Origin: Gemmatimonadota bacterium
GTDB lineage: Bacteria > Gemmatimonadota > Gemmatimonadetes > Gemmatimonadales > Gemmatimonadaceae
DNA length: 57,253 nt
Assembly (NCBI GenBank): GCA_038059315.1
Contig: JBBTJT010000058.1
Coordinates: 1-57,253 of the forward strand
Direction: 5' to 3'
A program made the position numbers and the translations under genes. Below the pieces are notes generated by a model. The model was given only the letters and a program-made list of their open reading frames with translations, had not been told where the DNA came from and searched no databases. This document shows, one piece after another, positions 38,951-48,144 of the stretch. Numbering within the stretch: the stretch's first letter is position 1; every line of letters starts with the position of its first letter.

Positions 38951-40752
38951 TGGCCGCCTCCGCGCAGCGCGCGTGCCACGGCGTTCCGCACGATCACTTC
39001 CTTGTCGCCATCGGCGCGCTGGAGCGCGTCCTTGGCGGCGGCCGACCCGATGCGGCCAAGCGCCACGGCGGCACAGGCGCGCAATTCGGGATCCTCCTTC
39101 CGGGCAAACAGCCCACCCTTGGCCGTCAGCAGGCCATCGAGGAACGGCACCCCCGCATCGCCGCACAGCGTGCCGTAGAGCTCGAAGAACACCAGGCGCT
39201 CGGTGCGATCGGCCTTCTGGATGTCCTTGCCCTTCACCACGGCCTCGACCTTCACCAGCGCCTGGCGATGCTGCCGCGTCATCAGCGCGCGGGCCACGAC
39301 CACGCGAACGTCCCGATCGCCGTCCTGCAGCGCGCGCTCCATCGCCTGCAGCGCGCCGGGCGAACCGATGTCGCTGAGCGACGACACCGCCGCGAGACGC
39401 AACTCGCGCTCGCCGTGCTCGAGCACGCGCGACATGGCCGGCACGCCGGCGGCAGTGCGCATGGCACCACAGCGCCGGATCGCCTCCAGCGCGACATCGA
39501 GCGACGGATCGGCAATCAGCCGCACCAGCTCGCCGGTGGCCGACTCGGCGATTCTCGTCGCCGCTCCCTCCAGCAGCGGACGCAGCCCGTTGTTCTGCGT
39601 GCGTGGAAGCCAGCCAAAGATGGTGGAGAGCGCCGACGAATGAAGCTGGACGAACAGCTCGTTGAGGTCGGCCGGCGACGGCAGCGTCGGCGCGGCGTCC
39701 ATGGCCTCGAGCAGCTGCGACAGCGCCGACGGTTCGCTGAGGCGAGCGGCGAGGGAGCCGAGGCGATCCCGCGTCTCGGGCTGCACTTCGCGGGCCCGCT
39801 CCAGCGTGAGCGTCGATTCGCGCAGCAGGTAGGCCACATTGGTGAACTGCCCCGCCGACAGCAGGTGGAGCATCAGCGCCTCGAGGTGTGACAGCACCTC
39901 GGCGCGCACCAGCGGGTCGAGCTGGAACTCGAAGATGTCGAGCAGCGAGTCGAGCACGACCTGGCGCAGGTCGACGGCATACTCGCGCACGGTCTCCTGG
40001 CGCAGGTACTCCACTTCCTTGGGATCGAGAAAGTAGAGCGTGCTGTCGAAGTCCTCCATGCGGACGATGCCCGCTCGCCGCGGGTCCTTGGCCGCACCGT
40101 CTCCCTCACCCTCACCCTCACCGTCGTCGGCAACCGCGTTCTCGGCATCCGCCATTTCCGCCCTGGCTTCGAGAATCGCATTCTGCGGATCTTCGGCCGG
40201 CGTGCCGTCGCCCTTGGGCCACGTGCCCGGCTGCGGCGACGTCTCGAGCGTCTCGCCCTCCTGGTCCGACACTTCCACGTAGCGGTACTGCAGCGCGGTG
40301 AATTCGGCTTCCCAGAACAGCGTGAGAATGTCGTCCTGGCTCTGCGGACCCCGGCGGACGCGCGGGATGATGTCGAGAAAATCGACCAGCTCACTCGCCT
40401 CGAAGCCCTGCCGCAGCGTCAACTCGCGCAGTCCGTCCTTGAACAGCATCCACGGCAGCGAGTCCGACGCCTTGGTGGGTTCCGCGAACACCGGGCGTCC
40501 GTACCAGAGGAGCGCGACGTCCGAGACAAGGAGCGTGATCGCGTCCGTCTGGGCCCAGAGCGCCGCGAAGGCCGCCCGCGCCAGTTCCAGCGACCGGGTG
40601 TAACTCGGGTTGTTATGGTTGTTGAGATACAGCAGGTGCGCCCGGATGGTCCTGTCGAGCTGCCCAAGCACTTCCTCGACCAGCGTCGGGGAAAACGGCG
40701 GCTCGGGACTTTCCGGTCCCGGGTCCGAAACGGGCGCCGACGTCACGCTCAT
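38947..40752 (-). CDS. HEAT-repeat domain protein (601 aa)
   Basis: ATG 40752 (ATGA overlap with the trpB stop). The C-terminal third shows HEAT/PBS-lyase repeats ([13 protein letters not shown].., [75 protein letters not shown]). Confidence 0.75.
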   Translation of the reverse strand: MSVTSAPVSDPGPESPEPPFSPTLVEEVLGQLDRTIRAHLLYLNNHNNPSYTRSLELARAAFAALWAQTDAITLLVSDVALLWYGRPVFAEPTKASDSLPWMLFKDGLRELTLRQGFEASELVDFLDIIPRVRRGPQSQDDILTLFWEAEFTALQYRYVEVSDQEGETLETSPQPGTWPKGDGTPAEDPQNAILEARAEMADAENAVADDGEGEGEGDGAAKDPRRAGIVRMEDFDSTLYFLDPKEVEYLRQETVREYAVDLRQVVLDSLLDIFEFQLDPLVRAEVLSHLEALMLHLLSAGQFTNVAYLLRESTLTLERAREVQPETRDRLGSLAARLSEPSALSQLLEAMDAAPTLPSPADLNELFVQLHSSALSTIFGWLPRTQNNGLRPLLEGAATRIAESATGELVRLIADPSLDVALEAIRRCGAMRTAAGVPAMSRVLEHGERELRLAAVSSLSDIGSPGALQAMERALQDGDRDVRVVVARALMTRQHRQALVKVEAVVKGKDIQKADRTERLVFFELYGTLCGDAGVPFLDGLLTAKGGLFARKEDPELRACAAVALGRIGSAAAKDALQRADGDKEVIVRNAVARALRGGGQ

Positions 40753-41945
40753 GCACCCAAGATACGCATTGCGCTGACCTGCGCCACGTCCTTGTCGCCG
40801 CGGCCGCTGACGCAGAGCAGCACCGGTTCCTCGGCGCCCCATCGGCCACGCTGCGCGGCGATCCACGCCACGGCGTGCGCCGTCTCCAGCGCGGGGATGA
40901 TGCCCTCGAGGCGCCCGAGCAGCGCGAACCCCTGCAACGCCTCGTCATCGGTGATCGAGACGTAAGTCGCGCGCCCCGAGTCCTTGAGGAATGAGTGCTC
41001 GGGACCAACCCCCGGATAGTCGAGGCCCGCCGAGATGGAGTGCGCCGGATGCACCTGCCCATGCGCGTCCTGCAGCAGGTAACTGAGGGCGCCGTGCAGC
41101 ACGCCAGGCGTGCCCCGCGTGAGGCTCGCCGAGTGCTGGCCGCTGTCGAGGCCGTGCCCCGCCGCCTCCACACCCACCAGTTCGACGTCGGCGTCGGGCA
41201 CGAACGCGTGGAAGATCCCCATGGCGTTCGAGCCGCCGCCGACGCAGGCGACAACGCTGCGCGGCAGGCGACCGGCGCGCTCCAGCATCTGCGCGCGCGC
41301 CTCGCGACCGATGATCGCCTGGAAATCCCGCACCATCCTCGGATACGGCGCCGGACCGACGACGGACCCGATGATGTAATGGCTCGTCGGGCAGGTGGTC
41401 ACCCAGTCGCGAATCGCCTCGGTCGTCGCGTCCTTGAGCGTGCGCGTCCCGGCGGTGACGGGAACGACAGTGGCGCCCATCAACCGCATGCGATACACGT
41501 TGAGCTCCTGCCGGCGCATGTCCTCCTCGCCCATGTACACCACGCACTCGAGGCCCAGGCGCGCACAGACCGTGGCCGTGGCCACGCCGTGCTGTCCCGC
41601 CCCGGTCTCGGCGATGATCCGCCGCTTTCCCATGCGGCGAGCCAGCAGCGCCTGCGGAAGCGCGTTGTTGATCTTGTGGGCGCCGGTGTGGTTGAGGTCT
41701 TCGCGCTTCAGCCACACCGGGGCGCCGACGAGCTCCGAGAAACGCGGCGCGTCGCAGAGCGCTGACGGACGCCCCACGTAGTGTTCGAGCAGGCCGTTCA
41801 GTTCGGCGTGAAATGCCGGATCGGCCATCGCCGAGTCCAGCGCCTGATCGAGCTCGTCGAGCGCCGGCACCAGCGTCTCGGGGACGTAGCGCCCACCGAA
41901 CGCGCCGAACCGGTCATCCATCGTGGCCCGCGTTGCCATGTTCAC
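40749..41945 (-). CDS. trpB: Tryptophan synthase beta chain (398 aa)
   Basis: [29 protein letters not shown] (PLP lysine), [12 protein letters not shown] and [11 protein letters not shown] start overlapping the trpF stop (an ATG 6 nt downstream is an alternative). Confidence 0.95.
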   Translation of the reverse strand: MNMATRATMDDRFGAFGGRYVPETLVPALDELDQALDSAMADPAFHAELNGLLEHYVGRPSALCDAPRFSELVGAPVWLKREDLNHTGAHKINNALPQALLARRMGKRRIIAETGAGQHGVATATVCARLGLECVVYMGEEDMRRQELNVYRMRLMGATVVPVTAGTRTLKDATTEAIRDWVTTCPTSHYIIGSVVGPAPYPRMVRDFQAIIGREARAQMLERAGRLPRSVVACVGGGSNAMGIFHAFVPDADVELVGVEAAGHGLDSGQHSASLTRGTPGVLHGALSYLLQDAHGQVHPAHSISAGLDYPGVGPEHSFLKDSGRATYVSITDDEALQGFALLGRLEGIIPALETAHAVAWIAAQRGRWGAEEPVLLCVSGRGDKDVAQVSAMRILGA

Positions 41946-42589
41946 CGTCCCCCGCGCGCCGCTTCAGCGAAGGCGCGCATCAATGTCTGGTCCTTGATCC
42001 CGGGGGCCGACTCGACCCCGGATGATACATCCACCACATCGGGCGCGACCAGCTCGATCGCCCGCCTGACATTCTCCGGCCGCAGCCCGCCGGCCAGCAC
42101 CAGCCGGGGTGGGCGTCCCGAGCGCTCGAGCGTCGAGGCCAGCGAATCCCAGTCGATCGGCACCCCCGTGCCACCGAGCTGGTCCTCGGCAAAGGCATCC
42201 ACCACCACGGCGTCGACGTCCTCGGCCGCCACCGGAAGGTCCAGCTCGCGCGTCGCGTCGCTCACGCGCAACACGCGCCACACCTCACCGCCGAAGTTGC
42301 GTCGCAGCTCGCTGACCGTGGCGGAGTGCGAGGCGCCGTGCAGTTGCACGACATCCAGGCCGGTCTCCCGGGCGACCGCCAGAATCTCCTCCACGCCCTG
42401 CGACCCGAAGACCCCGACACGCCGCGCCGCGCCGGCGCTCGCCGCCGCCTCGAACAGCGCGCGGGCCGCCGCCGGCGTGAGCCGGCGTGGGCCGCCGGCG
42501 AAGACGGCTCCCACGAACGCGGCGCCGAGGGCCGAGCCGAAGGCGGCGTCCGCCGGTCGCGTGAGCCCGCAGAACTTCACTTCAGCCAC
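41942..42589 (-). CDS. trpF: Phosphoribosylanthranilate isomerase (about 215 aa)
   Basis: [29 protein letters not shown] and [11 protein letters not shown]. Start is either GTG 42589 (8-nt overlap with trpC) or GTG 42580. Confidence 0.88.
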   Translation of the reverse strand: MAEVKFCGLTRPADAAFGSALGAAFVGAVFAGGPRRLTPAAARALFEAAASAGAARRVGVFGSQGVEEILAVARETGLDVVQLHGASHSATVSELRRNFGGEVWRVLRVSDATRELDLPVAAEDVDAVVVDAFAEDQLGGTGVPIDWDSLASTLERSGRPPRLVLAGGLRPENVRRAIELVAPDVVDVSSGVESAPGIKDQTLMRAFAEAARGGR

Positions 42590-43406
42590 GCGCGCACCGT
42601 GGCACGCCGACGAGCGCGCGCACCGCCGCCTCAGGCGCATCGGAGAGCGACAGCGACGACCCGACGAGCACCGCCTCGGCACCAAGCGCGGCGGCGCGAC
42701 GCACGCCATCGACGTCGCGAACTCCACTCTCGTAGACGGCGATGCGCGTGCCGGGAATGAGCCGGAGCAGCCGTTCGGACACGGTGTCGTCGAGCCGCAG
42801 CGTCTCGAGATTCCGGTTGTTCACCCCAATCACGCCCTCCGGCACGCCAAGCGCGCGCTCGAGTTCCGGTTCGTCACGCACCTCGAGCAGCACGTCGAGA
42901 CCAAGAGCGCGCGCCTCGCCCGCCAGCGCGACGAAGCGTCCGGGAGGGAGTGCGCGTGCGATGAGGAGCACGGCGCTCGCTCCCGACACCCGGGCCTCGA
43001 GCAACTGCACCTCGTCGACGATGAAGTCCTTGCGCAGCAGTGGAATGGCGACGGCGCCTCTGGCCGCGGCGAGGTCGGCCAGCGAGCCGCCGAACTCCGA
43101 CGGCTCCGTGAGGATCGACAGCGCCGCGGCGCCACCGCGCGCGTACTCGACGGCGCGACCGCCGGCATCAAGTTCGGCGTCGAGCACTCCCTTGCTGGGC
43201 GAGCGCCGCTTCAGTTCGGCGATCACCGCCACGTCCCGCCGCGAGAGCGACTCAATGAAGGACGGCGCGGCCGCGAGGCCAGCCACCTGCTGCTCCAGCG
43301 ACCGCCGCGTGCGCTGCGCCAGCGCGGCTCGCTCCGCCGAGCGCGCCGACAGCCGCCCCAACGGGCCGCCGGGCGCCACCCATCCCGCCTGTTGCACTTC
43401 GGTCAA
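42582..43406 (-). CDS. trpC: Indole-3-glycerol phosphate synthase (274 aa)
   Basis: VIAELKRRSPSKG, ALSILTEPSEFGGS, LLRKDFIVDEVQLLEAR, GVNNRNLETL and YESGV. The annotated start is TTG at 43406, which is uncertain. Confidence 0.9.
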   Translation of the reverse strand: MTEVQQAGWVAPGGPLGRLSARSAERAALAQRTRRSLEQQVAGLAAAPSFIESLSRRDVAVIAELKRRSPSKGVLDAELDAGGRAVEYARGGAAALSILTEPSEFGGSLADLAAARGAVAIPLLRKDFIVDEVQLLEARVSGASAVLLIARALPPGRFVALAGEARALGLDVLLEVRDEPELERALGVPEGVIGVNNRNLETLRLDDTVSERLLRLIPGTRIAVYESGVRDVDGVRRAAALGAEAVLVGSSLSLSDAPEAAVRALVGVPRCARG

Positions 43407-43494
43407 TGTTCGGCTACCGTTACTTCGGGGTTTATTCGTTCGTCTTCACGGCGCACCGCTGCTGCACCCCAACCATCACCCAGGAACCGCCGCC

Positions 43495-44106
43495 ATGCCG
43501 CTCACCAAGCGCCAGCGCCAGATCCTCGACTTCCTGCAGGGCTACCAGGGCGACCAGGGGTACGCGCCGAGCTTCGAGGAGATCGCCGCGCACTTCAACT
43601 ATAACTCGCTGGCCACGGTCCACGAACACCTGACCAACCTCGAACGCAAGGGCTACATCAAGCGCAGCTACAACGAGAGCCGCGCCATCGAGATACTGCC
43701 GTCGGAGGCGTATCCGCAGTCGGTCGAGCTCCCCCTGCTCGGCGCCGTGGCCGCCGGCGTGGCCATCGAGCACTCCACGAGCGGCGAGACCGTGTCAGTG
43801 CCCGACGACTTCGTGAGGCGCGGCGGCACTCACTACGTCCTGCGGGTACGGGGCAATTCCATGATCGACGACCAGATTGCCGATGGCGATCTGGTGGTGG
43901 TCAACGAGCGCCACACCGCTGACAACGGCGAGATGGTCATCGCCATGTTGAACGGCTCGGCGGCCACGGTCAAGCGATTCTATCGCGAACGCGACGGACG
44001 CGTGCGGCTGCAGCCCGCCAACGCCACGCTGTCTCCGATGTACTACGACCGCACGGACGACATTCGCATCGAAGGGGTGGTTGTTGGGGTGTTGCGCCGA
44101 TACTAG
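43495..44106 (+). CDS. lexA: LexA repressor (203 aa)
   Basis: The track ORF 42742..44106 is mostly antisense to trpC; the real start is ATG 43495. MPLTKRQRQILDFL wHTH, cleavage site VAAG, Ser-Lys dyad context VRGNSMID...ATVKRF. Confidence 0.93.
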   Translation: MPLTKRQRQILDFLQGYQGDQGYAPSFEEIAAHFNYNSLATVHEHLTNLERKGYIKRSYNESRAIEILPSEAYPQSVELPLLGAVAAGVAIEHSTSGETVSVPDDFVRRGGTHYVLRVRGNSMIDDQIADGDLVVVNERHTADNGEMVIAMLNGSAATVKRFYRERDGRVRLQPANATLSPMYYDRTDDIRIEGVVVGVLRRY

Positions 44107-44110
44107 CTCG

Positions 44111-44152
44111 GTTGGTGGTTAGTGGTTGGTGGTTGGTGGTTGGTCGTTGGTG
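44111..44152 (+). repeat. 6 tandem copies of the heptamer TTGGTGG (same family as 10101-10156)
   Basis: TTGGTGG TTAGTGG TTGGTGG TTGGTGG TTGGTCG TTGGTGG. Starts 4 nt after the lexA stop, in the convergent gap before the trpD stop. Confidence 0.9.
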
Positions 44153-44194
44153 GTTCGCAATACGCAGACTGCCATCGGCCATCTGCAGGCCGTT

Positions 44195-45250
44195 CTACCT
44201 TTTCGCCGCCGCCCGCTTCGCGGCCGCACGCAGTCGTTCGAGGGCGTCACGGCCGGCACCCGCAGCAAGCGCCTCGCGCGCCAGCTTCAGCGCGCTGGCG
44301 AAGTCCGCGGCCTTTCCTGCCACATACAGCGCCCCCGCCGCATTCAGTTCGACGGCGGCCGTGGCGCCGGCAGTTGCCCGGCCGGCAAGAACCCCTTCCA
44401 CGATGCGGGCGTTTTCCGCCGGTTCGGCACCGGCCAGTTCGCCGGCGCTGACCGGCTGCATCCCGAGGCGTTCGGGATCGACCGTCCACGAGCGCGCCTC
44501 GCCGTCCACCAGCTCGAGCACCGTGGTGCTGCCGAGTGGCGAGATCTCATCCATGCCCGGCGCACCGTGCACCAGGATGCTGTGCGTCGTCCCGAGCACC
44601 TGCAGCGCACCGCCGATCAGCCCGAGGCGCCGAGGATCGGCGACGCCGATGACCTGGCGCCCGGCACGCGCCGGGTTCGCCAGCGGTCCCACGAGGTTCA
44701 TGATCGTCTGAATCGACAGCTCGCGCCGCACGGGGCCTACGTGACGCATGGCCGGGTGCATGGCCGGCGCGAACATGAACACGATGCCCGCCGACTCAAG
44801 CACCTCAAGCATGCGATCAACCGGCACGTCGATCGGCACACCGAGCGCCTCGAGCACGTCGGCGCTTCCCGAGCGCGACGTGAACGAGCGGTTGCCGTGC
44901 TTGGCGACGCGCGCGCCGGCCCCGGCGGCCAGCAGGGCGGCGGCGGTGGAGATGTTGAACGTGGCCACCGTGCCCCCGCCCGTGCCACACGTATCGACCA
45001 GTTCCTCGGGTGCATCGGCGCGCAGCACGGTCATCGCCTCGCGCAGCGCCGTGGCCGCGCCGGCCACCTCGTCGGGCGTTTCTCCCTTGACTCGCAGGCC
45101 CATGAGCAGGGCCGCCACCTGGGCCGCCGTTCCCTCCCCGCGCATCACGCAGCCGAATGCCGATGCCGCCTCGTCACGGCTGAGCGACTCGCCGGCGGCG
45201 AGCCGCCGGATGCTCGCCTGCAGCGCGCCGTCACTCACGAATGCGCCCAA
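44195..45250 (-). CDS. trpD: Anthranilate phosphoribosyltransferase (about 347-351 aa)
   Basis: DTCGTGGGTVATFNISTAAA, KHGNRSFTSRSGSADVLEALG and ILVHGAPGMDE. Start is either TTG 45250 or GTG 45238; both overlap the 3' end of the upstream GAF gene. Confidence 0.92.
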   Translation of the reverse strand: MGAFVSDGALQASIRRLAAGESLSRDEAASAFGCVMRGEGTAAQVAALLMGLRVKGETPDEVAGAATALREAMTVLRADAPEELVDTCGTGGGTVATFNISTAAALLAAGAGARVAKHGNRSFTSRSGSADVLEALGVPIDVPVDRMLEVLESAGIVFMFAPAMHPAMRHVGPVRRELSIQTIMNLVGPLANPARAGRQVIGVADPRRLGLIGGALQVLGTTHSILVHGAPGMDEISPLGSTTVLELVDGEARSWTVDPERLGMQPVSAGELAGAEPAENARIVEGVLAGRATAGATAAVELNAAGALYVAGKAADFASALKLAREALAAGAGRDALERLRAAAKRAAAKR

Positions 45251-46529
45251 GCAGCAGTTCGGGAAGCCGGGCTTCGACGGCGATGAGGGCGATGACGAGG
45301 CTGAGCAGGCGCACGCGTTCGACGTCCTCCTCCACGAACAGCCCGCGCTGGGCGCGATTCGTGAGGTTGACCACGCCCAGCAACTCGCCGCGACTCAGCA
45401 GCGGGAAGGAGATGAAGCTCCCGGTCGTCAGGTACTCGTCGCGCAGCAGCGGCTGCGCCTGCGAGTCCGAGGCATCCACCACCAGCAGGGGCTTGCGCGT
45501 GGCCGCCACCCGGCCGGCAACGCCGTGTCCAATGGTGATGCGAGAGCCCTCGCGAATGTGCGGCGCCAGCCCCCGCGACGCGGCCAGGTAGAGCATGTTT
45601 GGCTCCGGCGCGCGCAGGAAAAGCGAGCACCGCAGCGCCTGCATGTCGTCGCCAACGAGGGCCAGCAGCCCCTCGGCGAGGCGGCGCGGATCCACCTGTT
45701 CGGCGGCCATCGCCAGCACACGGTCGAGCAGGTAGATGGTGCGCGTGCGCTGGCGCAGCGCCTCGCTGCGCCGGTGCAGCTCGATGTGCGCCTGCTCGAG
45801 CTGTCCCACCGCGGACGTGACCTGATGTTCGAGCGCACGAAAGCGCGACGCGTTGCGCCGGGCGTCCTCGGCCGCCCGCGCCAGCTCGCGCTCGTGCTGC
45901 ACCGACTCCTCCGCCCCCTGCTGCTGGGCGGCATCGCGCACCTGCGTGAGCTGGTGTTCGAGTTGCGTCAGCCGCGACACGTACTCGCCGTGCACGCGCT
46001 GCGTGACGTCCTCGAGCGTGCGAACCGCCTCGGCGCGCGCCTCCCGTTCGGCGAAGCGCCCATGGGCAAGCTCGAAGAGCGCGGCCAGCGGCGCGAACCG
46101 TTCCACCAGGCGGGGGCCGAAGGCCCGGCGCGGCTCGTACAGCGCCAGCACGGCCCGGAGTTCTCCGTCCACGCGAATGCCGCGCAACGCCAGCTCGCCC
46201 GGCTCGCCCAGATCGGGGAGGCGCAGCATGCGCGCAAAGGTGTCCGATTCGTCCCCGACGTCCGTGAACGTGCCCCCAGTGGAGACGCGCTGGACGACGG
46301 GCGCGGCAAACTGCTGGAGGGCCACATCGAGGGGGAAGCGTTCCACCGGTCCCCGCTCCATCACGCGACAGGTGGTGAGCCGTCCGGCGCGCGCATCGGC
46401 CGACAGGTACGCGACCATCGCGGACCGGTCGAGCTCCGCCAGCCCTTCGGCCAAGGCCACGAATGCCGCGTCGAGGTCAGTCGCGGCGGCGAGGGCATGG
46501 GCGAGGGATACTAGGGTCGACTCGGTCAT
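45231..46529 (-). CDS. Dual GAF-domain protein with central coiled coil (432 aa)
   Basis: The C-terminal GAF is clear (LFLRAPEPNMLYLAASRG...GHGVAGRVAATRKPLLVVD...SFISFPLLSRGELLGVVNLTN). The N-terminal GAF-like region is weaker. The middle is Gln/Glu/Arg-rich and heptad-like (VSRLTQLEHQLTQVRDAAQQQ...). No output domain. Confidence 0.75.
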   Translation of the reverse strand: MTESTLVSLAHALAAATDLDAAFVALAEGLAELDRSAMVAYLSADARAGRLTTCRVMERGPVERFPLDVALQQFAAPVVQRVSTGGTFTDVGDESDTFARMLRLPDLGEPGELALRGIRVDGELRAVLALYEPRRAFGPRLVERFAPLAALFELAHGRFAEREARAEAVRTLEDVTQRVHGEYVSRLTQLEHQLTQVRDAAQQQGAEESVQHERELARAAEDARRNASRFRALEHQVTSAVGQLEQAHIELHRRSEALRQRTRTIYLLDRVLAMAAEQVDPRRLAEGLLALVGDDMQALRCSLFLRAPEPNMLYLAASRGLAPHIREGSRITIGHGVAGRVAATRKPLLVVDASDSQAQPLLRDEYLTTGSFISFPLLSRGELLGVVNLTNRAQRGLFVEEDVERVRLLSLVIALIAVEARLPELLLGRIRE

Positions 46530-46668
46530 CCGATGGGTTGGGGGACGATGGGCGCCGGCAAACGCGCGCGACGCGGTGTCCCGGCGCGGATGCGACGGGA
46601 GGCGTCCGGGATCGGAAACGTTAGGTCTACGTCAAGCAATGTCAATCGGTTGCCTGATTCGCCTTTGC

Positions 46669-46697
46669 TTGAAAGCGCGTGCGTCGGGGGCTATTTT
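46669..46697 (+). promoter_or_regulatory. Sigma-70-like promoter TTGAAA-17-TATTTT abutting the truA start codon (near-leaderless)
   Basis: TTGAAA 46669-46674, 17-nt spacer, TATTTT 46692-46697. The ATG at 46706 lies only about 2 nt after the predicted +1. No Shine-Dalgarno is possible. Confidence 0.35.
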
Positions 46698-46705
46698 CCA
46701 TCCGT

Positions 46706-47479
46706 ATGGCGGGACGCGTTGTTCAGCTCGTGCTGCATTATGACGGCACAGACTTTTCCGGGTGGCAGGTGCAGCCGAGCACGCGAACCGTGCAAGGGAC
46801 CCTCGAGTCGGTGCTCGCGCGCTTGTGCGGCGGTCCCATACGAGTGACCGGAGCCGGACGGACGGATGCGGGTGTTCATGCCCGCGGCCAGGCGGCCGGG
46901 GTTGAGGTACCGGCGCACTGGACGCCAGACCGGCTGAGGCACGTGCTGAACGCACATCTTCCCGGCGACGTCTTCGTGGCGGCGGCGCACGAGATGCAAC
47001 CGGAGTTTCACGCGCGGTACAGCGCGACCAGCCGGCGGTACAGCTATGCGGTGGGGCTCGACGAGGCAGCCCGCTCGCCATTTCGGCGGCGCTGGGAATG
47101 GCCGGTGCGTCGTGCCGTCGATCGCGAAGCGCTGGCGTGGTGCGCGTCCGCGATGCTCGGGGAGCATCGGTTCTTCGGGTTTGCGGTTCGTGGCACCGCG
47201 CCAGCGCTGGACGAGCATCGATGCGATATTCGTCTCGCGCGGTGGCGTGAGGTGCTGGGCGGCCTGGTGTTCGACGTCGAAGCCAACCGATTCCTGCATC
47301 ACATGGTGCGCTTCCTCGTGGGCACGATGATCGAGGTGGCCACGCGCCAGCGTCCGCGCGAGGAGTTCGCTGCGTTGCTTGATGCCACTGTCAACGACGA
47401 GGTGTCGCCGCCGGCTCCTGCCTGCGGCCTCTGCCTCGAGCAGGTCACCTATCCCGCCGCCCTGTATCCCACCGCCTGA
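46706..47479 (+). CDS. truA: tRNA pseudouridine(38-40) synthase TruA (257 aa)
   Basis: ORF trimmed to the ATG at 46706. VQLVLHYDGTDFSGWQVQP, catalytic GAGRTDAGVHARGQ, RRYSY and FLHHMVR. Confidence 0.92.
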   Translation: MAGRVVQLVLHYDGTDFSGWQVQPSTRTVQGTLESVLARLCGGPIRVTGAGRTDAGVHARGQAAGVEVPAHWTPDRLRHVLNAHLPGDVFVAAAHEMQPEFHARYSATSRRYSYAVGLDEAARSPFRRRWEWPVRRAVDREALAWCASAMLGEHRFFGFAVRGTAPALDEHRCDIRLARWREVLGGLVFDVEANRFLHHMVRFLVGTMIEVATRQRPREEFAALLDATVNDEVSPPAPACGLCLEQVTYPAALYPTA

Positions 47480-48144
47480 TGCGCATCTACCTCGCTTCCG
47501 TCACGCTCGATGAGGTTCGCTGGGCATTCGCCGCCGGCCTGATCGATGGCATCGTGGCCACACCGGCCGTCATCGCGGCCCAGCTGCCCAACGCCGATCC
47601 GCGCGAACTCGTGCAGGAACTCTCGGCCGCCGTGCCCCTCCCGGTGATTGCCTCGGTGCGCGCCGTCGACCGGGACGCGCTGTACAAGGGCGCTCGCGAA
47701 CTCACCCGGCTGGGCGAGCAGGTGATCGTGGCGGTCCCGCTGGTCGAGGACGCGCTGCCGGCCATCAAGCGCCTGAGCGCCGAGGGAGTGCGCGTGGCCG
47801 CCACGCTGGTGCACAATGCGGCGCAAGCGGTGCTCGCCGCCAAGGCCGGCGCCTCCATGGTGACCATCGCCGTGGACGCGGCGGCGCACGTCGGCGAGGA
47901 TCCGTCGCTCGCCATCACCGAGTCGCGCATCATTTTCGATCGCTTCGGGCTCGAGTGCGACGTCATCGCGGCAGGCCCGGCCAGCGCGCGCGCGTTCACC
48001 GACGCCGCCACGGCCGGCACCGACGGCGCAGTCGTCTCGGCGGAGGTCTTGCACGCGCTGCTGCAGCACCCGCTCACCGATCGCGGCTTCGACCGGTTCC
48101 TCTCGGAAATCAGCCGCCGCCCCAAGCCCCGCCGCACCCGATGA
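47479..48144 (+). CDS. Transaldolase/Fsa-fold protein with substituted catalytic residues (221 aa)
   Basis: Colinear with short transaldolases (MRIYLASVTLDEV..AGLIDGIVATPAV...VIVAVPLVEDALPAIKRL..EGVRVAATLV...AAKAGASMV...HPLTDRGFDRFL). The Schiff-base Lys position (VVKVP) reads VAVP and the Asp of LDT reads LAS. The start shares 1 nt with the truA stop. Confidence 0.75.
   Translation: MRIYLASVTLDEVRWAFAAGLIDGIVATPAVIAAQLPNADPRELVQELSAAVPLPVIASVRAVDRDALYKGARELTRLGEQVIVAVPLVEDALPAIKRLSAEGVRVAATLVHNAAQAVLAAKAGASMVTIAVDAAAHVGEDPSLAITESRIIFDRFGLECDVIAAGPASARAFTDAATAGTDGAVVSAEVLHALLQHPLTDRGFDRFLSEISRRPKPRRTR

Noticed and set aside
42742-43494. N-terminal 250 codons of the 454-aa track ORF that ends as LexA.
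   Set aside because: This part is antisense to trpC and Ser/Arg/Ala-rich. LexA homology (wHTH) begins exactly at the ATG at 43495, which has an AGGA about 10 nt upstream. Only 43495..44106 is kept.
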